Shown here piece by piece: positions 1-11,999 of a stretch of DNA of 64,000 bases. Numbering within the stretch: position 1 is the stretch's first letter; every line of letters begins with the position of its first letter. This stretch comes from Eledone cirrhosa (Eukaryota): the NCBI GenBank assembly GCA_964016885.1, contig OZ024758.1, forward strand, positions 36,704,001 through 36,768,000, written 5' to 3'. The notes under the pieces were generated by a model. The model saw nothing but the letters and a program-made list of their open reading frames with translations. It had not been told where the DNA came from and did no database searches. Made by a program: the position numbers and the translations under genes.

Positions 1-1745
1 GTTCATGGTACTAGCTGTCAGAAGTAACTCCACTGTTGGTGAGAATTCATTTAAGTTCATGGTACTAGCTGTCAGAAGTAACTCCACTGTTGGTGAGAAT
101 TCAGTTAAGTTCATGGTATTAGTTGTCAGAAGTAACTCCACTGTTGGTGAGAATTCATTTAAATCATGGTATTAGTTGTCAGAAGTAACTCCAATGTTGG
201 TGAGAATTCATTTAATTTCATGGTACTAGCTGTCAGAAGTAACTCCACTGTTGGTGAGAATTCATTTAAGTCATGGTATTAGTTGTCAGAAGTAACTCCA
301 ATGTTGGTGAGAATTCATTTAAGTTCATGGTACTAGCTGTCAGAAGTAACTCCACTGTTGGTGAGAATTCATTTAAGTTCATGGTATTAGCTGTCAGAAG
401 TAACTCCACTGTTGGTGAGAATTCATTTAAGTCATGGTATTAGTTGTCAGAAGTAACTCCAATGTTGGTGAGAATTCATTTAAGTTCATGGTACTAGCTG
501 TCAGAAGTAACTCCACTGTTGGTGAGAATTCATTTAAGTTCATGGTATTAGCTGTCAGAAGTAACTCCAATGTTGGTGAGAATTCATTTAAGTTCATGGT
601 ATTAGCTGTCAGAAGTAACTCCACTGTTGGTGAGAATTCATTTAAGTTCATGGTATTAGCTGTCAGAAGTAACTCCACTGTTGGTGAGAATTCATTTAAG
701 TTCATGGTATTAGCTGTCAGAAGGAACTCCAATGTTGGTGAGAATTCATTTAAGTCATGGTACTAGCTGTCAGAAGAAACTCCACTGTTGGTGAGAATTC
801 ATTTAAGTCATGGTATTAGCTGTCAGAAGTAACTCCAATGTTGGTGAGAATTCATTTAAGTCATGGTACTAGCTGTCAGAAGTAACTCCAATGTTGGTGA
901 GAATTCAGTTAAGTTCATGGTATTAGCTGTCAGAAGGAACTCCACTGTTGGTGAGAATTCATTTAAGTTCATGGTTCTAGCTGTCAGAAGTAACTCCACT
1001 GTTGGTGAGAATTCATTTAAGTTCATGGTACTAGCTGTCAGAAGTAACTCCACTGTTGGTGAGAATTCATTTAAGTTCATGGTACTAGCTGTCAGAAGTA
1101 ACTCCACTGTTGCTGAGAATTCAGTTAAGTTCATGGTATTAGTTGTCAGAAGTAACTCCACTGTTGGTGAGAATTCATTTAAATCATGGTATTAGTTGTC
1201 AGAAGTAACTCCAATGTTGGTGAGAATTCATTTAATTTCATGGTACTAGCTGTCAGAAGTAACTCCACTGTTGGTGAGAATTCATTTAAGTCATGGTATT
1301 AGTTGTCAGAAGTAACTCCAATGTTGGTGAGAATTCATTTAAGTTCATGGTACTAGCTGTCAGAAGTAACTCCACTGTTGGTGAGAATTCATTTAAGTTC
1401 ATGGTATTAGCTGTCAGAAGTAACTCCACTGTTGGTGAGAATTCATTTAAGTCATGGTATTAGTTGTCAGAAGTAACTCCAATGTTGGTGAGAATTCATT
1501 TAAGTTCATGGTACTAGCTGTCAGAAGTAACTCCACTGTTGGTGAGAATTCATTTAAGTTCATGGTATTAGCTGTCAGAAGTAACTCCAATGTTGGTGAG
1601 AATTCATTTAAGTTCATGGTATTAGCTGTCAGAAGTAACTCCACTGTTGGTGAGAATTCATTTAAGTTCATGGTATTAGCTGTCAGAAGTAACTCCACTG
1701 TTGGTGAGAATTCATTTAAGTTCATGGTATTAGCTGTCAGAAGGA
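1..1745 (+). repeat. 19-monomer (1020-bp offset) duplication, left copy truncated by the window edge
   Basis: Sequence 1021-1740 matches 1-720 in the same line register apart from tgctgag near 1113. ORF offset 434->1454 = 1020. Confidence 0.85.
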
Positions 1746-2900
1746 ACGCCACTGTTGGTGAGAATTCATTTAAGTTCATGGTATTAGCTGTCAGAAGTAA
1801 CTCAACTGTTGGTGAGAATTCATTTAAGTTCATGGTACTAGTTGTCAGAAGTAACTCCACTGTTGGTGAGAATTCATTTAGGTTCATGGTATTAGTTGTC
1901 AGAAGTAACTCCACTGTTGGTGAGAATTCATTTAAGTCATGGTATTAGTTGTCAGAAGTAACTCCACTGTTGGTGAGAATTCATTTAAGTTCATGGTACT
2001 AGCTGTCAGAAGTAACTCCACTGTTGGTGAGAATTCAGTTAAGTTCATGGTATTAGTTGTCAGAAGTAACTCCACTGTTGGTGAGAATTCATTTAAATCA
2101 TGGTATTAGTTGTCAGAAGTAACTCCAATGTTGGTGAGAATTCATTTAATTTCATGGTACTAGCTGTCAGAAGTAACTCCACTGTTGGTGAGAATTCATT
2201 TAAGTCATGGTATTAGTTGTCAGAAGTAACTCCAATGTTGGTGAGAATTCATTTAAGTTCATGGTACTAGCTGTCAGAAGTAACTCCACTGTTGGTGAGA
2301 ATTCATTTAAGTTCATGGTATTAGCTGTCAGAAGTAACTCCACTGTTGGTGAGAATTCATTTAAGTCATGGTATTAGTTGTCAGAAGTAACTCCAATGTT
2401 GGTGAGAATTCATTTAAGTTCATGGTACTAGCTGTCAGAAGTAACTCCACTGTTGGTGAGAATTCATTTAAGTTCATGGTATTAGCTGTCAGAAGTAACT
2501 CCAATGTTGGTGAGAATTCATTTAAGTTCATGGTATTAGCTGTCAGAAGTAACTCCACTGTTGGTGAGAATTCATTTAAGTTCATGGTATTAGCTGTCAG
2601 AAGTAACTCCACTGTTGGTGAGAATTCATTTAAGTTCATGGTATTAGCTGTCAGAAGGAACGCCACTGTTGGTGAGAATTCATTTAAGTTCATGGTATTA
2701 GCTGTCAGAAGTAACTCAACTGTTGGTGAGAATTCATTTAAGTTCATGGTACTAGTTGTCAGAAGTAACTCCACTGTTGGTGAGAATTCATTTAGGTTCA
2801 TGGTATTAGTTGTCAGAAGTAACTCCACTGTTGGTGAGAATTCATTTAAGTCATGGTATTAGTTGTCAGAAGTAACTCCACTGTTGGTGAGAATTCATTT
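1080..2900 (+). repeat. 17-monomer (914-bp) tandem duplication
   Basis: Identical ORF translations at 1454 and 2368 (offset 914). Rare markers aacgcc, ctcaact and tttagg occur in the same order in both copies. Confidence 0.85.
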
Positions 2901-5340
2901 AAGTTCATGGTATTAGCTGTCAGAAGTAACCCCAATGTTGGTGAGAATTCATTTAAGTTCATGGTTCTAGCTGTCAGAAGTAACTCCACTGTTGGTGAGA
3001 ATTCATTTAAGTTCATGGTATTAGCTGTCAGAAGTAACTCCACTGTTGGTGAGAGTTCATTTAAGTCATGGTATTAGCTGTCAGAAGTAACTCCATTGTT
3101 GGTGAGAATTCATTTAAGTCATGGTACTAGCTGTCAGAAGTAACTCCACTGTTGGTGAGAATTCATTTAAGTTCATGGTATTAGCTGTCAGAAGGAACTC
3201 CACTGTTGGTGAGAATTCATTTAAGTTCATGGTACTAGCTGTCAGAAGTAACTCCACTGTTGGTGAGAATTCATTTAAGTTCATGGTATTAGTTTGTCAG
3301 AAGTAACTCCACTGTTGGTGAGAATTCATTTAATTCATGGTATTAGTTGTCAGAAGTAACTCCAATGTTGGTGAGAATTCATTTAAGTCATGGTACTAGC
3401 TGTCAGAAGTAACTCCAATGTTGGTGAGAATTCATTTAAGTTCATGGTATTAGCTGTCAGAAGGAACTCCACTGTTGGTGAGAATTCATTTAAGTTCATG
3501 GTATTAGCTGTCAGAAGTAACTCCACTGTTGGCGAGAATTCATTTAAGTTCATGGTACTAGCTGTCAGAAGTAACTCCAATGTTGGTGAGAATTCATTTA
3601 AGTTCATGGTATTAGCTGTCAGAAGGAACTCCACTGTTGGTGAGAATTCATTTAAGTTCATGGTATTAGCTGTCAGAAGTAACTCCACTGTTGGCGAGAA
3701 TTCATTTAAGTTCATGGTACTAGCTGTCAGAAGTAACTCCACTGTTGGTGAGAATTCAGTTAAGTTCATGGTATTAGTTGTCAGAAGTAACTCCACTGTT
3801 GGTGAGAATTCATTTAAATCATGGTATTAGTTGTCAGAAGTAACTCCAATGTTGGTGAGAATTCATTTAATTTCATGGTACTAGCTGTCAGAAGTAACTC
3901 CACTGTTGGTGAGAATTCATTTAAGTCATGGTATTAGTTGTCAGAAGTAACTCCAATGTTGGTGAGAATTCATTTAAGTTCATGGTACTAGCTGTCAGAA
4001 GTAACTCCACTGTTGGTGAGAATTCATTTAAGTTCATGGTATTAGCTGTCAGAAGTAACTCCACTGTTGGTGAGAATTCATTTAAGTCATGGTATTAGTT
4101 GTCAGAAGTAACTCCAATGTTGGTGAGAATTCATTTAAGTTCATGGTACTAGCTGTCAGAAGTAACTCCACTGTTGGTGAGAATTCATTTAAGTTCATGG
4201 TATTAGCTGTCAGAAGTAACTCCAATGTTGGTGAGAATTCATTTAAGTTCATGGTATTAGCTGTCAGAAGTAACTCCACTGTTGGTGAGAATTCATTTAA
4301 GTTCATGGTATTAGCTGTCAGAAGTAACTCCACTGTTGGTGAGAATTCATTTAAGTTCATGGTATTAGCTGTCAGAAGGAACGCCACTGTTGGTGAGAAT
4401 TCATTTAAGTTCATGGTATTAGCTGTCAGAAGTAACTCAACTGTTGGTGAGAATTCATTTAAGTTCATGGTACTAGTTGTCAGAAGTAACTCCACTGTTG
4501 GTGAGAATTCATTTAGGTTCATGGTATTAGTTGTCAGAAGTAACTCCACTGTTGGTGAGAATTCATTTAAGTCATGGTATTAGTTGTCAGAAGTAACTCC
4601 ACTGTTGGTGAGAATTCATTTAAGTTCATGGTATTAGCTGTCAGAAGTAACCCCAATGTTGGTGAGAATTCATTTAAGTTCATGGTTCTAGCTGTCAGAA
4701 GTAACTCCACTGTTGGTGAGAATTCATTTAAGTTCATGGTATTAGCTGTCAGAAGTAACTCCACTGTTGGTGAGAGTTCATTTAAGTCATGGTATTAGCT
4801 GTCAGAAGTAACTCCATTGTTGGTGAGAATTCATTTAAGTCATGGTACTAGCTGTCAGAAGTAACTCCACTGTTGGTGAGAATTCATTTAAGTTCATGGT
4901 ATTAGCTGTCAGAAGGAACTCCACTGTTGGTGAGAATTCATTTAAGTTCATGGTACTAGCTGTCAGAAGTAACTCCACTGTTGGTGAGAATTCATTTAAG
5001 TTCATGGTATTAGTTTGTCAGAAGTAACTCCACTGTTGGTGAGAATTCATTTAATTCATGGTATTAGTTGTCAGAAGTAACTCCAATGTTGGTGAGAATT
5101 CATTTAAGTCATGGTACTAGCTGTCAGAAGTAACTCCAATGTTGGTGAGAATTCATTTAAGTTCATGGTATTAGCTGTCAGAAGGAACTCCACTGTTGGT
5201 GAGAATTCATTTAAGTTCATGGTATTAGCTGTCAGAAGTAACTCCACTGTTGGCGAGAATTCATTTAAGTTCATGGTACTAGCTGTCAGAAGTAACTCCA
5301 ATGTTGGTGAGAATTCATTTAAGTTCATGGTATTAGCTGT
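1990..5340 (+). repeat. 32-monomer (1721-bp) tandem duplication
   Basis: Offsets 2368->4089, 2853->4574, 3121->4842 and 3390->5111 all equal 1721. Markers aacccc, ggttct, gagagtt, ccattg and ggcgag are shared. Confidence 0.85.
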
Positions 5341-8300
5341 CAGAAGTAACTCCACTGTTGGTGAGAATTCATTTAAGTCATGGTATTAGCTGTCAGAAGT
5401 AACTCCAATGTTGGTGAGAATTCATTTAAGTTCATGGTACTAGCTGTCAGAAGTAACTCCACTGTTGGTGAGAATTCATTTAAGTTCATGGTATTCGTTT
5501 GTCAGAAGTAACTCCACTGTTGGTGAGAATTCATTTAAGTAATGGTATTAGTTGTCAGAAGTTTACTCCAATGTTGGTGAGAATTCATTTAAGTTCATGG
5601 TACTAGCTGTCAGAAGTAACTCCACTGTTGGTGAGAATTCATTTAAGTTCATGGTATTAGCTGTCAGAAGTAACTCCACTGTTGGTGAGAATTCATTTAA
5701 GTCATGGTATTAGCTGTCAGAAGTAACTCCAATGTTGGTGAGAATTCATTTAAGTCATGGTACTAGCTGTCAGAAGTAACTCCAATGTTGGTGAGAATTC
5801 AGTTAAGTTCATGGTATTAGCTGTCAGAAGGAACTCCACTGTTGGTGAGAATTCATTTAAGTTCATGGTATTAGCTGTCAGAAGTAACTCCACTGTTGGT
5901 GAGAATTCATTTAAGTTCATGGTACTAGCTGTCAGAAGTAACTCCACTGTTGGTGAGAATTCATTTAAGTTCATGGTACTAGCTGTCAGAAGTAACTCCA
6001 CTGTTGGTGAGAATTCAGTTAAGTTCATGGTATTAGTTGTCAGAAGTAACTCCACTGTTGGTGAGAATTCATTTAAATCATGGTATTAGTTGTCAGAAGT
6101 AACTCCAATGTTGGTGAGAATTCATTTAATTTCATGGTACTAGCTGTCAGAAGTAACTCCACTGTTGGTGAGAATTCATTTAAGTCATGGTATTAGTTGT
6201 CAGAAGTAACTCCAATGTTGGTGAGAATTCATTTAAGTTCATGGTACTAGCTGTCAGAAGTAACTCCACTGTTGGTGAGAATTCATTTAAGTTCATGGTA
6301 TTAGCTGTCAGAAGTAACTCCACTGTTGGTGAGAATTCATTTAAGTCATGGTATTAGTTGTCAGAAGTAACTCCAATGTTGGTGAGAATTCATTTAAGTT
6401 CATGGTACTAGCTGTCAGAAGTAACTCCACTGTTGGTGAGAATTCATTTAAGTTCATGGTATTAGCTGTCAGAAGTAACTCCAATGTTGGTGAGAATTCA
6501 TTTAAGTTCATGGTATTAGCTGTCAGAAGTAACTCCACTGTTGGTGAGAATTCATTTAAGTTCATGGTATTAGCTGTCAGAAGTAACTCCACTGTTGGTG
6601 AGAATTCATTTAAGTTCATGGTATTAGCTGTCAGAAGGAACTCCAATGTTGGTGAGAATTCATTTAAGTCATGGTACTAGCTGTCAGAAGTAACTCCACT
6701 GTTGGTGAGAATTCATTTAAGTTCATGGTATTAGCTGTCAGAAGTAACTCCACTGTTGGTGAGAATTCATTTAAGTTCATGGTACTAGCTGTCAGAAGTA
6801 ACTCCAATGTTGGTGAGAATTCATTTAAGTTCATGGTATTAGCTGTCAGAAGGAACTCCACTGTTGATGAGAATTCATTTAAGTTCATGGTATTAGCTGT
6901 CAGAAGTAACTCCACTGTTGGTGAGAATTCATTTAAGTTCATGGTACTAGTTGTCAGAAGTAACTCCACTGTTGGTGAGAATTCATTTAAGTTCATGTTA
7001 CTAGCTGTCAGAAGTAACTCCACTGTTGGTGAGAATTCATTTAAGTTCATGGTATTAGTTTGTCAGAAGTAACTCCACTGTTGGTGAGAATTCATTTACG
7101 TTCATGGTATTAGCTGTCAGAAGTATCTCCACTGTTGGTGAGAATTCATTTAAGTTCATGGTACTAGCTGTCAGAAGTAACTCCAATGTTGGTGAGAATT
7201 CATTTAAGTTCATGGTATTAGCTGTCAGAAGTAACTCCACTGTTGGTGAGAATTCATTTAAGTCATGGTATTAGCTGTCAGAAGTAACTCCAATGTTGGT
7301 GAGAATTCATTTAAGTTCATGGTATTAGCTGTCAGAAGTAACTCCACTGTTGGTGAGAATTCATTTAAGTTCACGGTACTAGCTGTCAGAAGTAACTCCA
7401 CTGTTGGTGAGAATTCATTTAAGTCATGGTATTAGTTGTCAGAAGTTTACTCCAATGTTGGTGAGAATTCATTTAAGTTCATGGTACTAGCTGTCAGAAG
7501 TAACTCCACTGTTGGTGAGAGTTCATTTAAGTCATGGTATTAGCTGTCAGAAGTAACTCCATTGTTGGTGAGAATTCATTTAAGTCATGGTACTAGCTGT
7601 CAGAAGTAACTCCACTGTTGGTGAGAATTCATTTAAGTTCATGGTATTAGCTGTCAGAAGGAACTCCACTGTTGGTGAGAATACATTTAAGTTCATGGTA
7701 CTAGCTGTCAGAAGTAACTCCACTGTTGGTGAGAATTCATTTAAGTTCATGGTATTAGTTTGTCAGAAGTAACTCCACTGTTGGTGAGAATTCATTTAAT
7801 TCATGGTATTAGTTGTCAGAAGTAACTCCAATGTTGGTGAGAATTCATTTAAGTCATGGTACTAGCTGTCAGAAGTAACTCCAATGTTGGTGAGAATTCA
7901 TTTAAGTTCATGGTATTAGCTGTCAGAAGGAACTCCACTGTTGGTGAGAATTCATTTAAGTTCATGGTATTAGCTGTCAGAAGTAACTCCACTGTTGGCG
8001 AGAATTCATTTACGTTCATGGTACTAGCTGTCAGAAGTAACTCCAATGTTGGTGAGAATTCATTTAAGTTCATGGTATTAGCTGTCAGAAGTAACTCCAC
8101 GGTTGGTGGGAATTCATTTAAGTCATGGTATTAGCTGTCAGAAGTAACTCCAATGTTGGTGAGAATTCATTTAAGTTCATGGTACTAGCTGTCAGAAGTA
8201 ACTCCACTGTTGGTGAGAATTCATTTAAGTTCATGGTATTAGTTTGTCAGAAGTAACTCCACTGTTGGTGAGAATTCATTTAAGTCATGGTATTAGTTGT

Positions 8301-11300
8301 CAGAAGTTTACTCCAATGTTGGTGAGAATTCATTTAAGTTCATGGTACTAGCTGTCAGAAGTAACTCCACTGTTGGTGAGAATTCATTTAAGTTCATGGT
8401 ATTAGCTGTCAGAAGTAACTCCACTGTTGGTGAGAATTCATTTAAGTTCATGGTACTAGCTGTCAGAAGTAACTCCAATGTTGGTGAGAATTCATTTAAG
8501 TTCATGGTATTAGCTGTCAGAAGGAACTCCACTGTTGGTGAGAATTCATTTAAGTTCATGGTATTAGCTCTCAGAAGTAACTCCACTGTTGGTGAGAATT
8601 CATTTAAGTTCATGGTACTAGTTGTCAGAAGTAACTCCACTGTTGGTGAGAATTCATTTAAGTTCATGGTACTAGCTGTCAGAAGTAACTCCACTGTTGG
8701 TGAGAATTCATTTAAGTTCATGGTATTAGTTTGTCAGAAGTAACTCCACTGTTGGTGAGAATTCATTTAAGTCATGGTATTAGTTGTCAGAAGTTTACTC
8801 CAATGTTGGTGAGAATTCATTTAATTTCATGGTACTAGCTGTCAGAAGTAACTCCACTGTTGGTGAGAATTCATTTAAGTTCATGGTATTAGCTGTCAGA
8901 AGTAACTCCACTGTTGGTGAGAATTCATTTAAGTTCATGGTATTAGTTGTCAGAAGTAACTCCACTGTTGGTGAGAATTCATTTAAGTCATGGTATTAGT
9001 TGTCAGAAGTAACTCCAATGTTGGTGAGAATTCATTTAAGTTCATGGTATTAGCTGTCAGAAGTAACTCCACTGTTGGTGAGAATTCATTTAAGTTCATG
9101 GTATTAGCTGTCAGAAGTAACTCCACTGTTGGTGAGAATTCATTTAAGTTCATGGTATTAGCTGTCAGAAGGAACTCCAATGTTGGTGAGAATTCATTTG
9201 AGTCATGGTACTAGCTGTCAGAAGTAACTCCACTGTTGGTGAGAATTCATTTAAGTTCATGGTATTAGCTGTCAGAAGGAACGCCACTGTTGGTGAGAAT
9301 TCATTTAAGTTCATGGTATTAGCTGTCAGAAGTAACTCCACTGTTGGTGAGAATTCATTTAAGTTCATGGTACTAGTTGTCAGAAGTAACTCCACTGTTG
9401 GTGAGAATTCATTTAAGTTCATGGTATTAGTTGTCAGAAGTAACTCCACTGTTGGTGAGAATTCATTTAAGTCATGGTATTTGTTGTCAGAAGTAACTCC
9501 AATGTTGGTGAGAATTCATTTAAGTTCATGGTTCTAGCTGTCAGAAGTAACTCCACTGTTGGTGAGAATTCATTTAAGTTCATGGTATTAGCTGTCAGAA
9601 GTAACTCCACTGTTGGTGAGAGTTCATTTAAGTCATGGTATTAGCTGTCAGAAGTAACTCCATTGTTGGTGAGAATTCATTTAAGTCATGGTACTTGCTG
9701 ACAGAAGTAACTCCACTGTTGGTGAGAATTCATTTAAGTTCATGGTATTAGCTGTCAGAAGGAACTCCACTGTTGGTGAGAATACATTTAAGTTCATGGT
9801 ACTAGCTGTCAGAAGTAACTCCACTGTTGGTGAGAATTCATTTAAGTTCATGGTATTAGTTTGTCAGAAGTAACTCCACTGTTGGTGAGAATTCATTTAA
9901 TTCATGGTATTAGTTGTCAGAAGTAACTCCAATGTTGGTGAGAATTCATTTAAGTCATGGTACTAGCTGTCAGAAGTAACTCCAATGTTGGTGAGAATTC
10001 ATTTAAGTTCATGGTATTAGCTGTCAGAAGGAACTCCACTGTTGGTGAGAATTCATTTAAGTTCATGGTATTAGCTGTCAGAAGTAACTCCAATGTTGGT
10101 GAGAATTCATTTAAGTTCATGGTACTAGCTGTCAGAAGTAACTCCACTGTTGGTGAGAATTCATTTAAGTTCATGGTATTAGCTGTCAGAAGTAACTCCA
10201 CTGTTGGTGAGAATTCATTTAAGTTCATGGTACTAGTTGTCAGAAGTAACTCCACTGTTGGTGAGAATTCATTTAAGTTCATGGTACTAGCTGTCAGAAG
10301 TAACTCCACTGTTGGTGAGAATTCATTTAAGTTCATGGTATTAGTTTGTCAGAAGTAACTCCACTGTTGGTGAGAATTCATTTAATTCATGGTATTAGTT
10401 GTCAGAAGTAACTCCAATGTTGGTGAGAATTCATTTAAGTCATGGTACTAGCTGTCAGAAGTAACTCCAATGTTGGTGAGAATTCATTTAAGTTCATGGT
10501 ATTAGCTGTCAGAAGGAACTCCACTGTTGGTGAGAATTCATTTAAGTTCATGGTATTAGCTGTCAGAAGTAACTCCACTGTTGGTGAGAATTCATTTAAG
10601 TTCATGGTACTGGCTGTCAGAAGTAACTCCAATGTTGGTGAGAATTCATTTAAGTTCATGGTATTAGCTGTCAGAAGTAACTCCACTGTTGGTGAGAATT
10701 CATTTAAGTCATGGTATTAGCTGTCAGAAGTAACTCCAATGTTGGTGAGAATTCATTTAAGTTCATGGTATTAGCTGTCAGAAGTAACTCCACTGTTGGT
10801 GAGAATTCATTTAAGTTCATGGTACTAGCTGTCAGAAGTAACTCCACTGTTGGTGAGAATTCATTTAAGTTCATGGTATTAGTTTGTCAGAAGTAACTCC
10901 ACTGTTGGTGAGAATTCATTTAAGTCATGGTATTAGTTGTCAGAAGTTTACTCCAATGTTGGTGAGAATTCATTTAATTTCATGGTACTAGCTGTCAGAA
11001 GTAACTCCACTGTTGGTGAGAATTCATTTAAGTTCATGGTATTAGCTGTCAGAAGTAACTCCACTGTTGGTGAGAATTCATTTAAGTTCATGGTATTAGT
11101 TGTCAGAAGTAACTCCACTGTTGGTGAGAATTCATTTAAGTCATGGTATTAGTTGTCAGAAGTAACTCCAATGTTGGTTAGAATTCATTTAAGTTCATGG
11201 TTCTAGCTGTCAGAAGTAACTCCACTGTTGGTGAGAATTCATTTAAGTTCATGGTATTAGCTGTCAGAAGTAACTCCACTGTTGGTGAGAATTCATTTAA

Positions 11301-11999
11301 GTCATGGTATTAGCTGTCAGAAGTAACTCCATTGTTGGTGGGAATTCATTTAAGCCATGGTACTAGCTGTCAGAAGTAACTCCACTGTTGGTGAGAATTC
11401 ATTTAAGTTCATGGTATTAGCTGTCAGAAGGAACTCCACTGTTGGTGAGAATTCATTTAAGTTCATGGTACTAGCTGTCAGAAGTAACTCCACTGTTGGT
11501 GAGAATTCATTTAAGTTCATGGTACTAGCTGTGAGAAGTAACTCCAATGTTGGTGAGAATTCATTTAAGTTCATGGTATTAGCTGTCAGAAGTAACTCCA
11601 CTGTTGGTGAGAATTCATTTAAGTCATGGTATTAGCTGTCAGAAGTAACTCCAATGTTGGTGAGAATTCATTTAAGTCATGGTACTAGCTGTCAGAAGTA
11701 ACTCCAATGTTGGTGAGAATTCAGTTAAGTTCATGGTATTAGCTGTCAGAAGGAACTCCACTGTTGGTGAGAATTCATTTAAGTTCATGGTATTAGCTGT
11801 CAGAAGTAACTCCACTGTTGGTGAGAATTCATTTAAGTTCATGGTACTAGCTGTCAGAAGTAACTCCACTGTTGGTGAGAATTCATTTAAGTTCATGGTA
11901 CTAGCTGTCAGAAGTAACTCCACTGTTGGTGAGAATTCAGTTAAGTTCATGGTATTAGTTGTCAGAAGTAACTCCACTGTTGGTGAGAATTCATTTAAA

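Noticed and set aside
1-54. Assignment to a named satellite family, tRNA/5S-derived repeat or species
   Set aside because: I do not recognise the consensus and see no convincing Pol III A/B boxes or cloverleaf. A database search is needed.
1877-1883. TTTAGG/TTAGG telomere-like motif
   Set aside because: A single A>G variant in a few monomers, never tandem.
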